Below, one piece after another: positions 47,153 to 57,274 of a stretch of DNA of 64,000 nt (positions within the stretch are counted from its first letter, which is position 1; each line of letters begins with the position of its first letter). Position numbers and translations under genes: made by a program. The notes beneath the pieces were generated by a model that ran no database searches, had not been told where the DNA came from, and saw only the letters and a list, made by a program, of their open reading frames with translations. The stretch is from Candidatus Sysuiplasmataceae archaeon (GTDB lineage Archaea; Thermoplasmatota; Thermoplasmata; Sysuiplasmatales; Sysuiplasmataceae), in contig JBJKPR010000002.1 of the NCBI GenBank assembly GCA_046706185.1, positions 31,433 through 95,432 on the forward strand. Direction: 5' to 3'.

Positions 47153-48295
47153 TCAGGCCACTCCTCTGCCGTGGTGGTAGCACGCGACCATGTGTCCGTT
47201 GCCCAGGTCGACCGTTCCAGGCATTTCAGCAGCGCATACGTCGGTGGCCGCTTCACACCGCAATCTGAAGGGACAGCCGGATGGCAGCCTCATCAAGTTG
47301 GGAACCGAGCCCCTAAGGGTAGGAAGCCTCCCCTCCGTCTTGTACCCGTGAGGAAACGACCTGAGCAGGGACTGCGTGTACGGATGGTGAGGCTCGTTGA
47401 AGACTGCCTCGGCCGGTCCTATCTCAACCAGGTTTCCCGCGTACATCACACCTATCCTGTCGGCTATCTCAGCAATAACACCGAGGTCATGGCTTATGAA
47501 CAATATCGATGTCCTGACCTCATCTATCAGATCCTTCATGAGCGAGAGAACCTGCGCCTGAATTGTCACGTCAAGGGCACTCGTCGGTTCATCTGCAATC
47601 ATCAGCTTAGGTTTTTCCGAAAGGGCCATTGCAATCATAATGCGCTGCCTCATCCCTCCGGATAGTTCGTGCGGGTAAAGGCGCAGTATGTGCTCAGGGT
47701 CGTTAATCCTGACCATGGAAAGGAAGGCTATTGCCTCATCGCGAAGCTCCTTCCTGTTGAATTCAACATCGCCGAACCTGTTCCTCCTGGTCGTGGCTGT
47801 TATCTCCCTGAGGGGATGGGAAATTACACGTCCTGGTTCTTCGTAGCTGTGTGGCTCCACAACCATCTGGGCATCCATGCCCGCCTCTCTTGTCTTTCTG
47901 ATCTTGATTGCCTCGATGACCTGGTCAAATATCCTGTACGCAGGGTTAAGGGAGTTAATCGGCTCCTGGAATATCATAGCTATGCCAGTGCCCCTGTACT
48001 TCGGTGCCTCCTTCTTCGGAACGGAGAGAATGTTGACCCCGTCGAATACAACCTCGCCGCCGACGACCTCTGCCGGAGGCTCTGGAAGCAACCTGGGAAT
48101 TGAGTGGGCAAGTGTGCTCTTTCCGCAACCTGTTTCCCCCACTATGCCAACGACTTCTCCTTTGGATATGCTGAGATCGACATGGTTCACCGCCCTTACG
48201 ATGCCCGCAGGAGTCTTGTAGCATATCTGGAGGTCCCTGACAGAAAGCAAAGTGTCTACACTGGATTCCATGTGCTTTTCCTGCGCTGAAGTCAA
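47153..48295 (-). CDS. ABC transporter ATP-binding protein, Opp/Dpp D-type, with a ~50-aa insertion in the helical subdomain
   Basis: Walker A GETGCGKS, signature LSGGMRQR, Walker B MIADEPTSALD. An extra segment lies between the Q-loop and the signature motif. Confidence 0.85.
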   Translation of the reverse strand: MTSAQEKHMESSVDTLLSVRDLQICYKTPAGIVRAVNHVDLSISKGEVVGIVGETGCGKSTLAHSIPRLLPEPPAEVVGGEVVFDGVNILSVPKKEAPKYRGTGIAMIFQEPINSLNPAYRIFDQVIEAIKIRKTREAGMDAQMVVEPHSYEEPGRVISHPLREITATTRRNRFGDVEFNRKELRDEAIAFLSMVRINDPEHILRLYPHELSGGMRQRIMIAMALSEKPKLMIADEPTSALDVTIQAQVLSLMKDLIDEVRTSILFISHDLGVIAEIADRIGVMYAGNLVEIGPAEAVFNEPHHPYTQSLLRSFPHGYKTEGRLPTLRGSVPNLMRLPSGCPFRLRCEAATDVCAAEMPGTVDLGNGHMVACYHHGRGVA

Positions 48296-48449
48296 CCCTA
48301 TTCCAGTATTAATCGTATTCCCAGCATGCAGTCAAGCAAGGGGCTTGAAATCAGGAGGTGGGGAACTGACCATACAGTCATTGGGGCCGCAGCGGGTAGG
48401 TGCGCATGGATTTTATTATTTATAAGAGCCAATCGCATGCCGGGGATGG

Positions 48450-49226
48450 ATGAACGGCAGGACCGTAGACTTCGACACACTCTCCGGCAACTATGACGCG
48501 CTGCGTGGAAGGTCAAGAGAGAGACTTCTCCCCTGGATAGTTGAAACAGTGAAGTATGCAGGCATCAGAACTGATGGCAGCGTGCTTGACATAGGTTGCG
48601 GTACAGGAAGATACACGGAGCTTTTTGCAGAATTCTCAGGCTGCGTGGTCGGGACAGACATATCCTCCGGTATGCTCTCCGAGGCAATGAACGAAGGCGG
48701 CAGGCGCGTCTCATATGTCAGGTCTAACGCCCTCTCCCTTCCTTTCTGCAACGAAAGCTTCGACTGCGCAGTAATGTTCATGGCTGTGCACCATTTCAGT
48801 TCAGGCGAAATGTGTGCACTGTTCCAGGAGGTCTCAAGAATTCTGAGAAAGGGAGGGCGGTTCGTAATACTCACTGAATCGCATGCCAGGATCAGAAGGT
48901 CTCAGTGGAGACTGTTTCCAGGCCTCCTGAAGATAGACCTTGCGAGGTTCCCGAACCTCGGGTCGCTTTCGGCAGCACTGAAGCATGCTGGTTTTGAGAC
49001 TGGTCACAAGTCTGTGAAAATTAACTTCGGACAGGTTCCCACGGAGGAATACATCAGAAAGGTGGCCGGGAAATTCATCTCCACCTTTGCCCTCATGAGC
49101 GAGAAGGAGTTTGAGGAAGGGCTATCGGTGTTTTCGCGCAGGCTGCGGATACTGTTTCCTGAGATGATGCCGGACGAACAGGACTTCATGCTCGTGAAGG
49201 GGACAAAGCCGGACCCGAGCAGTTGA
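48450..49226 (+). CDS. class I SAM-dependent methyltransferase (type 11)
   Basis: Motif I VLDIGCGTGRYT and motif post-I GTDIS. Confidence 0.7.
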   Translation: MNGRTVDFDTLSGNYDALRGRSRERLLPWIVETVKYAGIRTDGSVLDIGCGTGRYTELFAEFSGCVVGTDISSGMLSEAMNEGGRRVSYVRSNALSLPFCNESFDCAVMFMAVHHFSSGEMCALFQEVSRILRKGGRFVILTESHARIRRSQWRLFPGLLKIDLARFPNLGSLSAALKHAGFETGHKSVKINFGQVPTEEYIRKVAGKFISTFALMSEKEFEEGLSVFSRRLRILFPEMMPDEQDFMLVKGTKPDPSS

Positions 49227-49242
49227 GAGGCAGACGGCTCGC

Positions 49243-51450
49243 TTACCTGTAGTAGCCGAAGCCTGCGCTCTCGCCCTTTCTTACCAGCGCAGAACGCAGA
49301 TCCTGCCTGAAACGCTCGTAGAAACGCATCGTCTCCTCGTTGGTGGATGGATAGACAACTGTAAGCGCCTTTTCAAAATCGGACATCTTGACCTCCAATG
49401 CATCGGGGTTGAGCCTGAGGGCATTCAGCGCTGCCTCCTTGCAGAGCGCCTCCAGGTCCGCGCCAACAAACCCGTCTGTCCTCTCTGCAAGATCGTCTAT
49501 ATCCACACCCTTCAGCGGCATCGCTGAAGTGTGGACTTTCAGTATTTCCAGCCTCGTGTCCCTGTCCGGCACAGGTACGAGTACTATCTTGTCGAACCTG
49601 CCAGGACGCAGGAGGGCTTTGTCCACTATATCTGGTCTGTTGGTTGCAGCGATGACGGTGACGGAGCCGAGAGATTCCAGGCCGTCGAGAGATGTGAGTA
49701 TCTGGTCCACAACACGCTCACTTGCACCTGAATCATAGCCCATGCCGCGCTGCGGCGCTATTGCGTCCAGCTCATCAAGGAAGATGATGCTTGGCGCCAC
49801 CTGCTTTGCCTTCTTGAATATCAGTCGTATGGCCCTCTCACTCTCCCCGACCCACTTACTCATTATCTCTGGACCCTTGATGGCGATGAAGTTTGCCTTC
49901 GATTCGTTGGCAAGCGCCTTTGCCACGAGCGTCTTCCCTGTCCCGGGCGGGCCGTAGAGCAGAATTCCCCTCGGAGGAGAAATGCCGAGCCTCTTCAGCG
50001 AATCAGGATCGCGGAGCGGCAGTTCGACTGCTTCGAACAGCTGTCTCTTTATCTGCTCCAGCCCCCCGACATCCTTCCATGTGACGTCCGGTATTTCGAC
50101 CTGGACCTCCCTCATAGCGCTTGGCTCTATCTCCTTCAGCGCGTTCACAAAGTCAGCTTCGGTGACCTTCATCCTTTCCAGTATGTCTGCCGGAATGGGT
50201 TTGTCAAGGTCTATCTCAGGTATGTACCGGACAAGAGTCTTCATGGCTGCCTCCCTGGCCAGGGAGGCAAGGTCTGCACCCACGAAACCGTACGTGAAGT
50301 CGACAAACCTGTCGAGGTCGAACCCCTCCTCCAGAGGCATTCTCCTGGTGTGAATGAGAAGTATCTCCTTCCTGCCGGCCCTTGTCGGCACGCCAATCTC
50401 TATCTCCCGGTCGAACCTTCCGGGCCTGCGGAGTGCAGGGTCTATGGCATCTTCCCTGTTGGTGGCGCCTATCACTATCACATGGCCCCTCTTGCTAAGG
50501 CCGTCCATGAGAGTGAGCAGTTGTGCGACCACCCTTCTCTCAACCTCACCCTGGACATCCTCCCTTTTCGGAGCAATCGAATCGAGTTCGTCAATGAAAA
50601 TGATGGACGGCGCGTTTTTTTCGGCATCCTCGAACTTTTCCCTGAGCTTCTCCTCACTCTGGCCGTAATACTTGCTCATTATCTCAGGACCCTGGATGGA
50701 GTAGAAACTCGCGCCCGCCTCATTAGCCACCGCCCTGGCAATCAGCGTCTTGCCTGTCCCCGGAGGACCGTAGAGGAGAACGCCTTTGGGCGGGTCAATT
50801 CCGAGCCTCTCGAAGAGTTCCGGATGTTTGAGCGGAAGCTCGATCATCTCCCTCACCCTCTGGAGCTCGTTGTCGAGGCCGCCTATATCGTCGTATGTTA
50901 TTGTGGATGCTGAGACATCGACAACCTCCACAGCCTCAGTCTTGACGACAAGTTCAGATGATTCTGCGACCAGGACCACGCCGGATGGCGAAGTGGAAAT
51001 GACAACAAACGGAAGGAAATCACCTATGAGCGCTATGTTTGGTATTATTATTTCATCGCCCTTGACCAGGGGCCTGTTCATGAGCCCTTTCTTGAAAAGG
51101 TCCTCAACCCCCTGACCGAATTTGACCTTCTTGCCCTGAGGTATCTTGGGGGCGACAACTATCTTGGTCGCCTTCTGCGCATCTGACTTCTTGGCCACAA
51201 TCTTCTCGCCTATGCTCACGCCCGCGTTGCCGCGTATCATGCCGTCTATCCTGATAATGCCCTTGCCCTCATCCTCGTGAGACGCACGGAACACCTTGGC
51301 GGCAGTCCTGCGTTTGCCAATTATCTCTATTATGTCCCCCACTTCGACGCCGAGTTCCTTTCTTGTAGTTGTGTCTACCCTTGCTCGCCCGAGGCCGACT
51401 TCTGACTGGTGGTGCGCCCTTGCGACTTTGAGTGAGAGTCCATCGCTCAT
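49243..51450 (-). CDS. cdc48: CDC48/VCP-like AAA+ ATPase (two AAA domains plus N domain)
   Basis: Two Walker A (GPPGTGKT), two Walker B (DELD) and two SRH regions. N-terminal double-psi barrel domain. Confidence 0.9.
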   Translation of the reverse strand: MSDGLSLKVARAHHQSEVGLGRARVDTTTRKELGVEVGDIIEIIGKRRTAAKVFRASHEDEGKGIIRIDGMIRGNAGVSIGEKIVAKKSDAQKATKIVVAPKIPQGKKVKFGQGVEDLFKKGLMNRPLVKGDEIIIPNIALIGDFLPFVVISTSPSGVVLVAESSELVVKTEAVEVVDVSASTITYDDIGGLDNELQRVREMIELPLKHPELFERLGIDPPKGVLLYGPPGTGKTLIARAVANEAGASFYSIQGPEIMSKYYGQSEEKLREKFEDAEKNAPSIIFIDELDSIAPKREDVQGEVERRVVAQLLTLMDGLSKRGHVIVIGATNREDAIDPALRRPGRFDREIEIGVPTRAGRKEILLIHTRRMPLEEGFDLDRFVDFTYGFVGADLASLAREAAMKTLVRYIPEIDLDKPIPADILERMKVTEADFVNALKEIEPSAMREVQVEIPDVTWKDVGGLEQIKRQLFEAVELPLRDPDSLKRLGISPPRGILLYGPPGTGKTLVAKALANESKANFIAIKGPEIMSKWVGESERAIRLIFKKAKQVAPSIIFLDELDAIAPQRGMGYDSGASERVVDQILTSLDGLESLGSVTVIAATNRPDIVDKALLRPGRFDKIVLVPVPDRDTRLEILKVHTSAMPLKGVDIDDLAERTDGFVGADLEALCKEAALNALRLNPDALEVKMSDFEKALTVVYPSTNEETMRFYERFRQDLRSALVRKGESAGFGYYR

Positions 51451-51984
51451 TGCATTCTATTTGTACATTAAATTACTATTAGAAACTATGTCCATGCGTT
51501 CTGTTTTCAGAGTCCCGGCAGCATTGGAGCAGAACCTGTTTTCGAACGGTGAAATGGCTCAAGCGAATGAAGCGCAGCCGGCATGCTGCCAGGACGGTAC
51601 GGGTCTAATTCCCTGGAAAACCGAATGCTGCTGCCACAATTCTGTTCAGGGCGGAAGCAGAAGGGAGGCGACGAGGTCGGCTCAATGTAATTCGGGCCGA
51701 CATGCAGCTGTATGATCAGGAGAGCGTGGCACGTATTTTTTTCGGCTGAGGGAAAATTGTCTGGCAATGGAAAAAGAAACATGTCGAACTGATACCATTA
51801 TATGATATATCGAATAATATTATGAAAACTCCAGATGAAGGAGAAATCGAACGTCATACAAATCCAAGACATTGTCATGCAATCGTCAGACATTTTTTAT
51901 ACTTGAAAAGCATTTCATCCTCTGGAATAGGAAATCATGCGATTTCCACAAAGGCCCTCATCGGGGGCCGGAGAGGATGGGAAA

Positions 51985-52455
51985 ATGTTCGACAGACTAA
52001 GAAGTGTGTTTGGAAGAAAGAAGAACCATGCGACACCGACCGCAGCCGCAACAAGTGTCGCTGTGCCAATCGTTGAGTCTGAACCGCAGGGGCTCACTGC
52101 CGAGGACGAGATAGTGAATGCACTCGCGAGCGCATCGCAACTCCCTTCGGACAGCATAGATCGCGAAACAAATGAGGCAATAGAAAGGATAGCCTCACTC
52201 CTTGCAGAGGAGCCGCCGAAGCTGAAGAGGGGAAACCCTGGCGGTCAGGAATACACAGTCAGACTGACATACAACCAGAAGGAATGGATAGACCATGCTT
52301 ACGAAGGGTATGTAAGCAGCCACTCGTTTGCGCCTTTCCAGAGGGTCATGCAGGCGTTCGTGGAGAACTACATCAGGGCGGTCGAGGAAAGGGTCACCCC
52401 GCCTGCTTCAGAAATAACACAGACTGAATACGAGAGCGCATCAACTGAGGCATAA
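51985..52455 (+). CDS. hypothetical protein
   Basis: ORF divergent from cdc48 with acidic, protein-like composition. No family recognised. Confidence 0.3.
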   Translation: MFDRLRSVFGRKKNHATPTAAATSVAVPIVESEPQGLTAEDEIVNALASASQLPSDSIDRETNEAIERIASLLAEEPPKLKRGNPGGQEYTVRLTYNQKEWIDHAYEGYVSSHSFAPFQRVMQAFVENYIRAVEERVTPPASEITQTEYESASTEA

Positions 52456-52569
52456 ACCAGAACAACATGGGCTCCTTTTTCTTGAAAACGGGGGCCCATG
52501 ACAAAAACACCTCATGAGAAGGCGGGCCGTATACTCTACAACTGTTTATTGACTCTGGGAATTGGCCCG

Positions 52570-52905
52570 TTACTTGGTTCCTTTCGGGCTCGCTCCCGCT
52601 ACTGCCCTGTCCTTCTTCCGGGGCCTGCTGCATATTGCATATTCGTCACCGTCAAAGAAAACATCCAGGTCAGGGTGACTGGACTGTATCTCCCGTATCG
52701 TCTTCAGCACATCCTTTAGTGTAAGCTTGCTGTTCTTGTCGATCTTTATATGTATCTGCTTTTCGCCTTTTGTCACGGCCTCATCAACACTCGTGGTCTG
52801 TGCTTCGCTGTCTAATCGATGAGTCAAGATATTAATCCTTTGATGCCCGAAGGCTCCTTGTTGGCGCTGTGCACAGTCATTTATTCCCGAAAATGCCAGC
52901 TTCAA
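52570..52905 (-). CDS. hypothetical small protein
   Basis: ORF overlaps the 3' end of gmhA by 29 nt. Start uncertain and no family recognised. Confidence 0.2.
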   Translation of the reverse strand: MKLAFSGINDCAQRQQGAFGHQRINILTHRLDSEAQTTSVDEAVTKGEKQIHIKIDKNSKLTLKDVLKTIREIQSSHPDLDVFFDGDEYAICSRPRKKDRAVAGASPKGTK

Positions 52906-53455
52906 TCAGTCCCGAGAGTATGTGGCCAATGAGAATGTGACATTCCTGAATCCTCTGAGTGCTGCTGGAGGGCACCTTTATCTGCACATCTGCAACACCG
53001 TCTGGAAAGCCATTGAGGCCTGTCATGCCTATAGTGCCTACCCCCATTCTTTTCGCAGTCTCGAAGGCCCTGATGACGTTTCTCGACCTGCCGCTTGTTG
53101 ATATCCCTATGGCCACGTCTCCCTCCACACACTGTGCCTCTACCTGTCTGGCGAAAACCATGTCGTAGGAGTAGTCGTTGGCTATTGCGCTCAGCACCGA
53201 TGTATTGACGGTCAGGGAAAGAGCAGGAAGTGCCTTTCTTTCCATCTTGAACCTTCCCACAAGCTCGCCCGCTATGTGCTGCGCATCTGCGGCGCTGCCA
53301 CCGTTGCCGAATATCACCATCTTCCTGCCCTTGCCGTATGCAGCCAGAAGCATCTCTGCCGCAACACCGATCGCGTCAATGACGCTTCCCAGCTCCCTGT
53401 GTACCGAAATAGACTCCTCAATCTCCGACCTTATGACGTCAGCATTGGAAGACAT
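52877..53455 (-). CDS. gmhA: SIS-domain sedoheptulose-7-phosphate isomerase (phosphoheptose isomerase)
   Basis: FGNGGSAADAQH and GISTSGRSRNV SIS motifs, about 190 aa. Confidence 0.75.
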   Translation of the reverse strand: MSSNADVIRSEIEESISVHRELGSVIDAIGVAAEMLLAAYGKGRKMVIFGNGGSAADAQHIAGELVGRFKMERKALPALSLTVNTSVLSAIANDYSYDMVFARQVEAQCVEGDVAIGISTSGRSRNVIRAFETAKRMGVGTIGMTGLNGFPDGVADVQIKVPSSSTQRIQECHILIGHILSGLIEAGIFGNK

Positions 53456-53672
53456 TCACGAGTCACCAGCCCAGCTATTTGTAAGCACTTACATGTATAA
53501 AGTTGAACCCCAGGCAGCGGATTTAGGGCATCTGTAACCTGCAGAGCAGTGCCTGTCTTCTCTCACAGCGAACCGCACAAATCGTCGTGCCCTTGCAGTA
53601 AATATTATAATTAGCTGTAAATATAACGAAAAATTTATCTACGGAAGACATTTCTCAAGGTAATTCAAGCTG

Positions 53673-54914
53673 GTGTTCAATACGGCGACTACAATCATAT
53701 TCGGAGCTGACGGCTACATCGGATGGCCCCTTGCCCTTCATCTCGGTGCCAGGGACAACGACAAGATTATACTTGTAGACAATCTGTCAACAAGAAAACT
53801 GGTTAAGTCTGTTAAATCTGATACGCTGATTCCAATACTCTCGATGAAGGAGAGGATGAACGCCTATACAAGGGAAACCGGGAAGAAGAACCTGGTTTTC
53901 ATTGAAGCGGATATCCAGGATCCGAAGTCGGTGGACAGGATTATTGCGAAGTACAAGCCTGACAACCTTGTCCATCTGGCGCAGCAGAGATCGGCTCCCT
54001 TCAGCATGGTTGACCAGGAGCATATACTCTACACGGAACTAAACAACATATCGACAAACATCAACATACTTTTCTCAATGATACGGCACGTCCCGCATGC
54101 GCATCTGCTCAAGATGGGCAGCATGGGCGAATACGGCACCCCAGGCATAGAGATTACCGAGGGGGATGTCGAAATAACAAGGAAGGGCAAGAGCGCAAAA
54201 GTCATGTTCCCGAGGATGGGGCAGAGCTGGTATCACCTCAGCAAGATATTCGACACGTATAACGTTGCGATGGCCAACAGGGTATACAACATAGCCGCAA
54301 CCGACGTGATGCAGGGCGTGGTCTACGGGACAAGGATCGATGAAATCACGAATGACGCCTTTGCCACCAGGTTTGACTTCGATTCCATCTGGGGGACGGT
54401 TATAAACAAGTACGTTGTCCAGTCGGTGCTGCTCAACAAGCTGCTTATCTACGGCAAGGGAAGGCAGACAAGGGGCTTCCTTTCACTTTATGACAGTGTC
54501 AACTGCCTTACGCTGTTGCACGACAATCCTGCCGAGACGGGACAGTACAGGGTCGTGAACCAGCTTGATGAGATTTACGACACTGTGCAGCTGGCTGAAA
54601 AGGTGCAGAAGATAGGGCGTGAGTTTGGCATTGAGGCAGAAATGGAGTTTGTGGAAAACCCGAGGGTGGAAAAAGAAGAGCACGACTACGAGGTTGAGCA
54701 CAATATACTTCCCTCCCTGGGGTTCAGGCAGGAAAAGACGATGGAGACAGTCCTTAGGGAAATGTTTGAGGACGTGCTCAAGAACAAGAAGAGGGCTGCA
54801 GCGATGAAGAAACTCATCTACCCCACTGTCTACTGGAGAACTGCCACTGCCATGAAGGTAAAGGATTTCGCGATGCCCCGCAGCCTCATGAACACAAAAA
54901 TAGACAAGAAATGA
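53673..54914 (+). CDS. SQD1-like NAD-dependent sugar-nucleotide epimerase/dehydratase (UDP-sulfoquinovose synthase family; Agl3-like)
   Basis: GADGYIGWPLALHL N-terminal motif with long insertion loops and YxxxK (YHLSK), characteristic of SQD1/SqdB rather than ordinary SDR epimerases. About 410 aa. Confidence 0.7.
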   Translation: MFNTATTIIFGADGYIGWPLALHLGARDNDKIILVDNLSTRKLVKSVKSDTLIPILSMKERMNAYTRETGKKNLVFIEADIQDPKSVDRIIAKYKPDNLVHLAQQRSAPFSMVDQEHILYTELNNISTNINILFSMIRHVPHAHLLKMGSMGEYGTPGIEITEGDVEITRKGKSAKVMFPRMGQSWYHLSKIFDTYNVAMANRVYNIAATDVMQGVVYGTRIDEITNDAFATRFDFDSIWGTVINKYVVQSVLLNKLLIYGKGRQTRGFLSLYDSVNCLTLLHDNPAETGQYRVVNQLDEIYDTVQLAEKVQKIGREFGIEAEMEFVENPRVEKEEHDYEVEHNILPSLGFRQEKTMETVLREMFEDVLKNKKRAAAMKKLIYPTVYWRTATAMKVKDFAMPRSLMNTKIDKK

Positions 54915-55000
54915 GGTTCTGGGCAAACCATTTCATACTTGAAATTCTCTCAGCAACGGTTAAATACCCACTGGCGCGGTAATTTCAGGGTGGGTGTTAA

Positions 55001-56626
55001 TTGCAGGAAGAGAGAACCGAGGCCCGGGAGGAGAGGTGCTCCATATGCGACGGGGCACTAGACCCGCAAGGCGTTTGCCTTCTCTGCGGTCATGACAACA
55101 GCATGAAGCTGGTTGACCATGAGGAGGGGCAGTCGGGGGACAACGACGGGCTCCGGGAGGGGAATTCGCCTGCCGATAAAGACATAGAGTCGATTGTCAG
55201 GTGGCTCTCGGGAAGCGAGGAGGGCGGTATCTCTTTTCTGGATATGGAGGAACCCCAGATCGCTGTTGCTGAAGAGAAGGCGGTGGAACAGGAACAACCT
55301 GCTGTCGCAATGCTGCCCGAAGGCGAGGCAGGGCACCTGGCCGGAGAGATAGCTGAACTGAAGATCAAACTTATGGAAGCCAATGCCACAATAGAGAAGC
55401 TCAGGGTGGAGCTCAAGACAATGGAGACGGTTGCCTCCGTTTCGGCCCCTTCAGACATGGCCGAGAGGCTATCAATGACTGTCAAGGCTCACCTTGAGCT
55501 TGAAGCGGCGATCAAGCAGAAGGACAGGCATATCGACGAGTTGAGGAACGAACTCAAGGTCAAGGAAGACAGCCTCAGCAACCTGATGGAAAAGACGAGG
55601 TTCAAGGAGGAGGAGTTCAACAACAGGGAGATCAGCCTGCAGCACAGGGAGGAGCTCCTCAAGGAAGAGCTTCGGAAAATTGAGATGAATAAAGCGCAGA
55701 TGGGCTCGATGAAGGAGATAGAGCTCAAGAAATCACTTGAGGATCTTCGTGAGCAGATAAAAGCAAAGGAGGAGAAGGTCAAGTCTCTTGAAAAATACCT
55801 TTCCCAGAAGGAGGAAGAGCTTGACAGGAGAGAGAAGGCGCTTATCGGAAAAGAGGTCGAAGTCATGGAGGAGCTGACAATAGCCGAGCTCAAACAGGAG
55901 AAGGTCAAATCAGGCACTCCAAGGCTGGACGACCTTCTTTTCGGCGGAATACCGGTCGGCGCACAGGTGGCGATATACGGACCGCCGTTTGTGGGAAAGG
56001 AGGTCGTCATGAATGCCTTCGCGGCCGAGGGTCTGAGGAAGGGCATACCTGTCATTTGGGTAACAACGGACCACACAATCAGGGAAATCAGGGAGGAGAT
56101 GTCATATGTCCTCAACGGCTTCGAGGAGTATGAGAAGCTTGGGCTGATGTATTACATTGATGCCTACTCGAGAAGCATAGGGGACAACTCAAGGGTCGAA
56201 AATGCGGCGTACATAGAGGATTTCAGCGACATAGAGAACATAGACGCCCTGGTCGAAAAGAGGCTTGATGCAGTAAGGGACATAGTGGAGAAGAAGAGCT
56301 ACAGGGTCATATTCAAGTCAATATCGAGCCTGACAGCGGTATACGAGACAAAGAACATATTCAAGCTTCTGAGGCCGTTTGTAGCCAAGAGGAAGAGGGA
56401 CAAGTGCACAGCCATGTATTGCGTTGAAAAGGGGATTGTGAGCGATCAGGACGTTCAGATAATAGGCTCGATCATGGACGGGATAATAGAGTTTGAAACC
56501 GACGGCCAGAGCAATTTCATAGAGATCAGGGGAATATGCGAAACGCAGACAAGGGACAGGGTGAAGTACACGGCAAGCAAGAGCGCCCTGTCGATTGGGT
56601 CATTCAGCCTCGGGCATATTAAGTGA
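55001..56626 (+). CDS. zinc-ribbon / long coiled-coil / C-terminal KaiC-like (RecA-superfamily) domain protein with a degenerate Walker A
   Basis: N-terminal CSICDG...CLLCGH. About 250 aa of heptad-rich E/K/L sequence. C-terminal LDDLLFGGIPVGAQVAIYGPPFVGKE (KaiC/RadA-like P-loop with GKE instead of GKS/T). Confidence 0.55.
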   Translation: MQEERTEAREERCSICDGALDPQGVCLLCGHDNSMKLVDHEEGQSGDNDGLREGNSPADKDIESIVRWLSGSEEGGISFLDMEEPQIAVAEEKAVEQEQPAVAMLPEGEAGHLAGEIAELKIKLMEANATIEKLRVELKTMETVASVSAPSDMAERLSMTVKAHLELEAAIKQKDRHIDELRNELKVKEDSLSNLMEKTRFKEEEFNNREISLQHREELLKEELRKIEMNKAQMGSMKEIELKKSLEDLREQIKAKEEKVKSLEKYLSQKEEELDRREKALIGKEVEVMEELTIAELKQEKVKSGTPRLDDLLFGGIPVGAQVAIYGPPFVGKEVVMNAFAAEGLRKGIPVIWVTTDHTIREIREEMSYVLNGFEEYEKLGLMYYIDAYSRSIGDNSRVENAAYIEDFSDIENIDALVEKRLDAVRDIVEKKSYRVIFKSISSLTAVYETKNIFKLLRPFVAKRKRDKCTAMYCVEKGIVSDQDVQIIGSIMDGIIEFETDGQSNFIEIRGICETQTRDRVKYTASKSALSIGSFSLGHIK

Positions 56627-57064
56627 TCAGGCCACTTCCATGCCCTTTGGCGATTCACCCTTCTTCTGCTGGGACATGTCCACCTGCGGGAGCGGCACTG
56701 GCGGCGGGAGCTGTATGTCCCTCGTCACGATTGTTGCAGTTATTATGCAGTTGGATATCACTGCGTTGTGAACTATGTTCGCAAGCTCGGGCGGCATGTT
56801 GTTCGTGCTGCCCCATTCCCTCGCGATGGTATCAGGGCTCCTGGTGTCGTCAGCCACCACAATCTTCCCGTCCATCCTTACGAACCCGATGCCGGAGTAA
56901 TTGGCCGTAAACCTGAATTCGATCGACAGGTCCGTCTGGTTAAGCGGCACGACAGACGTGACTGTGTTGTTGTGGTCGATACGGACGTTCATCAGCTTCT
57001 CGCCTACCTTCGAGAAACGCTTCGCCTCTATCGAGCTGAGTTCCCATCCTTTGATTGCTATCAT
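56627..57064 (-). CDS. hypothetical protein
   Basis: 145-aa ORF convergent with and abutting the KaiC-like gene. No family recognised. Confidence 0.3.
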   Translation of the reverse strand: MIAIKGWELSSIEAKRFSKVGEKLMNVRIDHNNTVTSVVPLNQTDLSIEFRFTANYSGIGFVRMDGKIVVADDTRSPDTIAREWGSTNNMPPELANIVHNAVISNCIITATIVTRDIQLPPPVPLPQVDMSQQKKGESPKGMEVA

Positions 57065-57274
57065 TGAAACCAGTCCCGGTGGATCAGTGGACGACCACTA
57101 TTAAGAGGTTCGTTGAAATTAACACCAGCGGGACTGTATGTGACAGTGTATAACAAAGTCTGTCACGTCAAACCCCTTCGCACAGCCATAAGCGATACTT
57201 TATATACACAGGCGAATAGTTGGAGTTTAGTCTTCAATGAATGAAGACGAACAGACACACAAGGAAGAATATAG

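Noticed and set aside
46503-47180. 225-aa ORF on the plus strand
   Set aside because: Antisense to the ABC ATPase genes. Ser-rich and not protein-like.
55489-56115. 208-aa Ser-rich ORF on the minus strand
   Set aside because: Antisense shadow of the coiled-coil region (GAR-rich codons on the sense strand produce a Ser/Leu-rich antisense frame).
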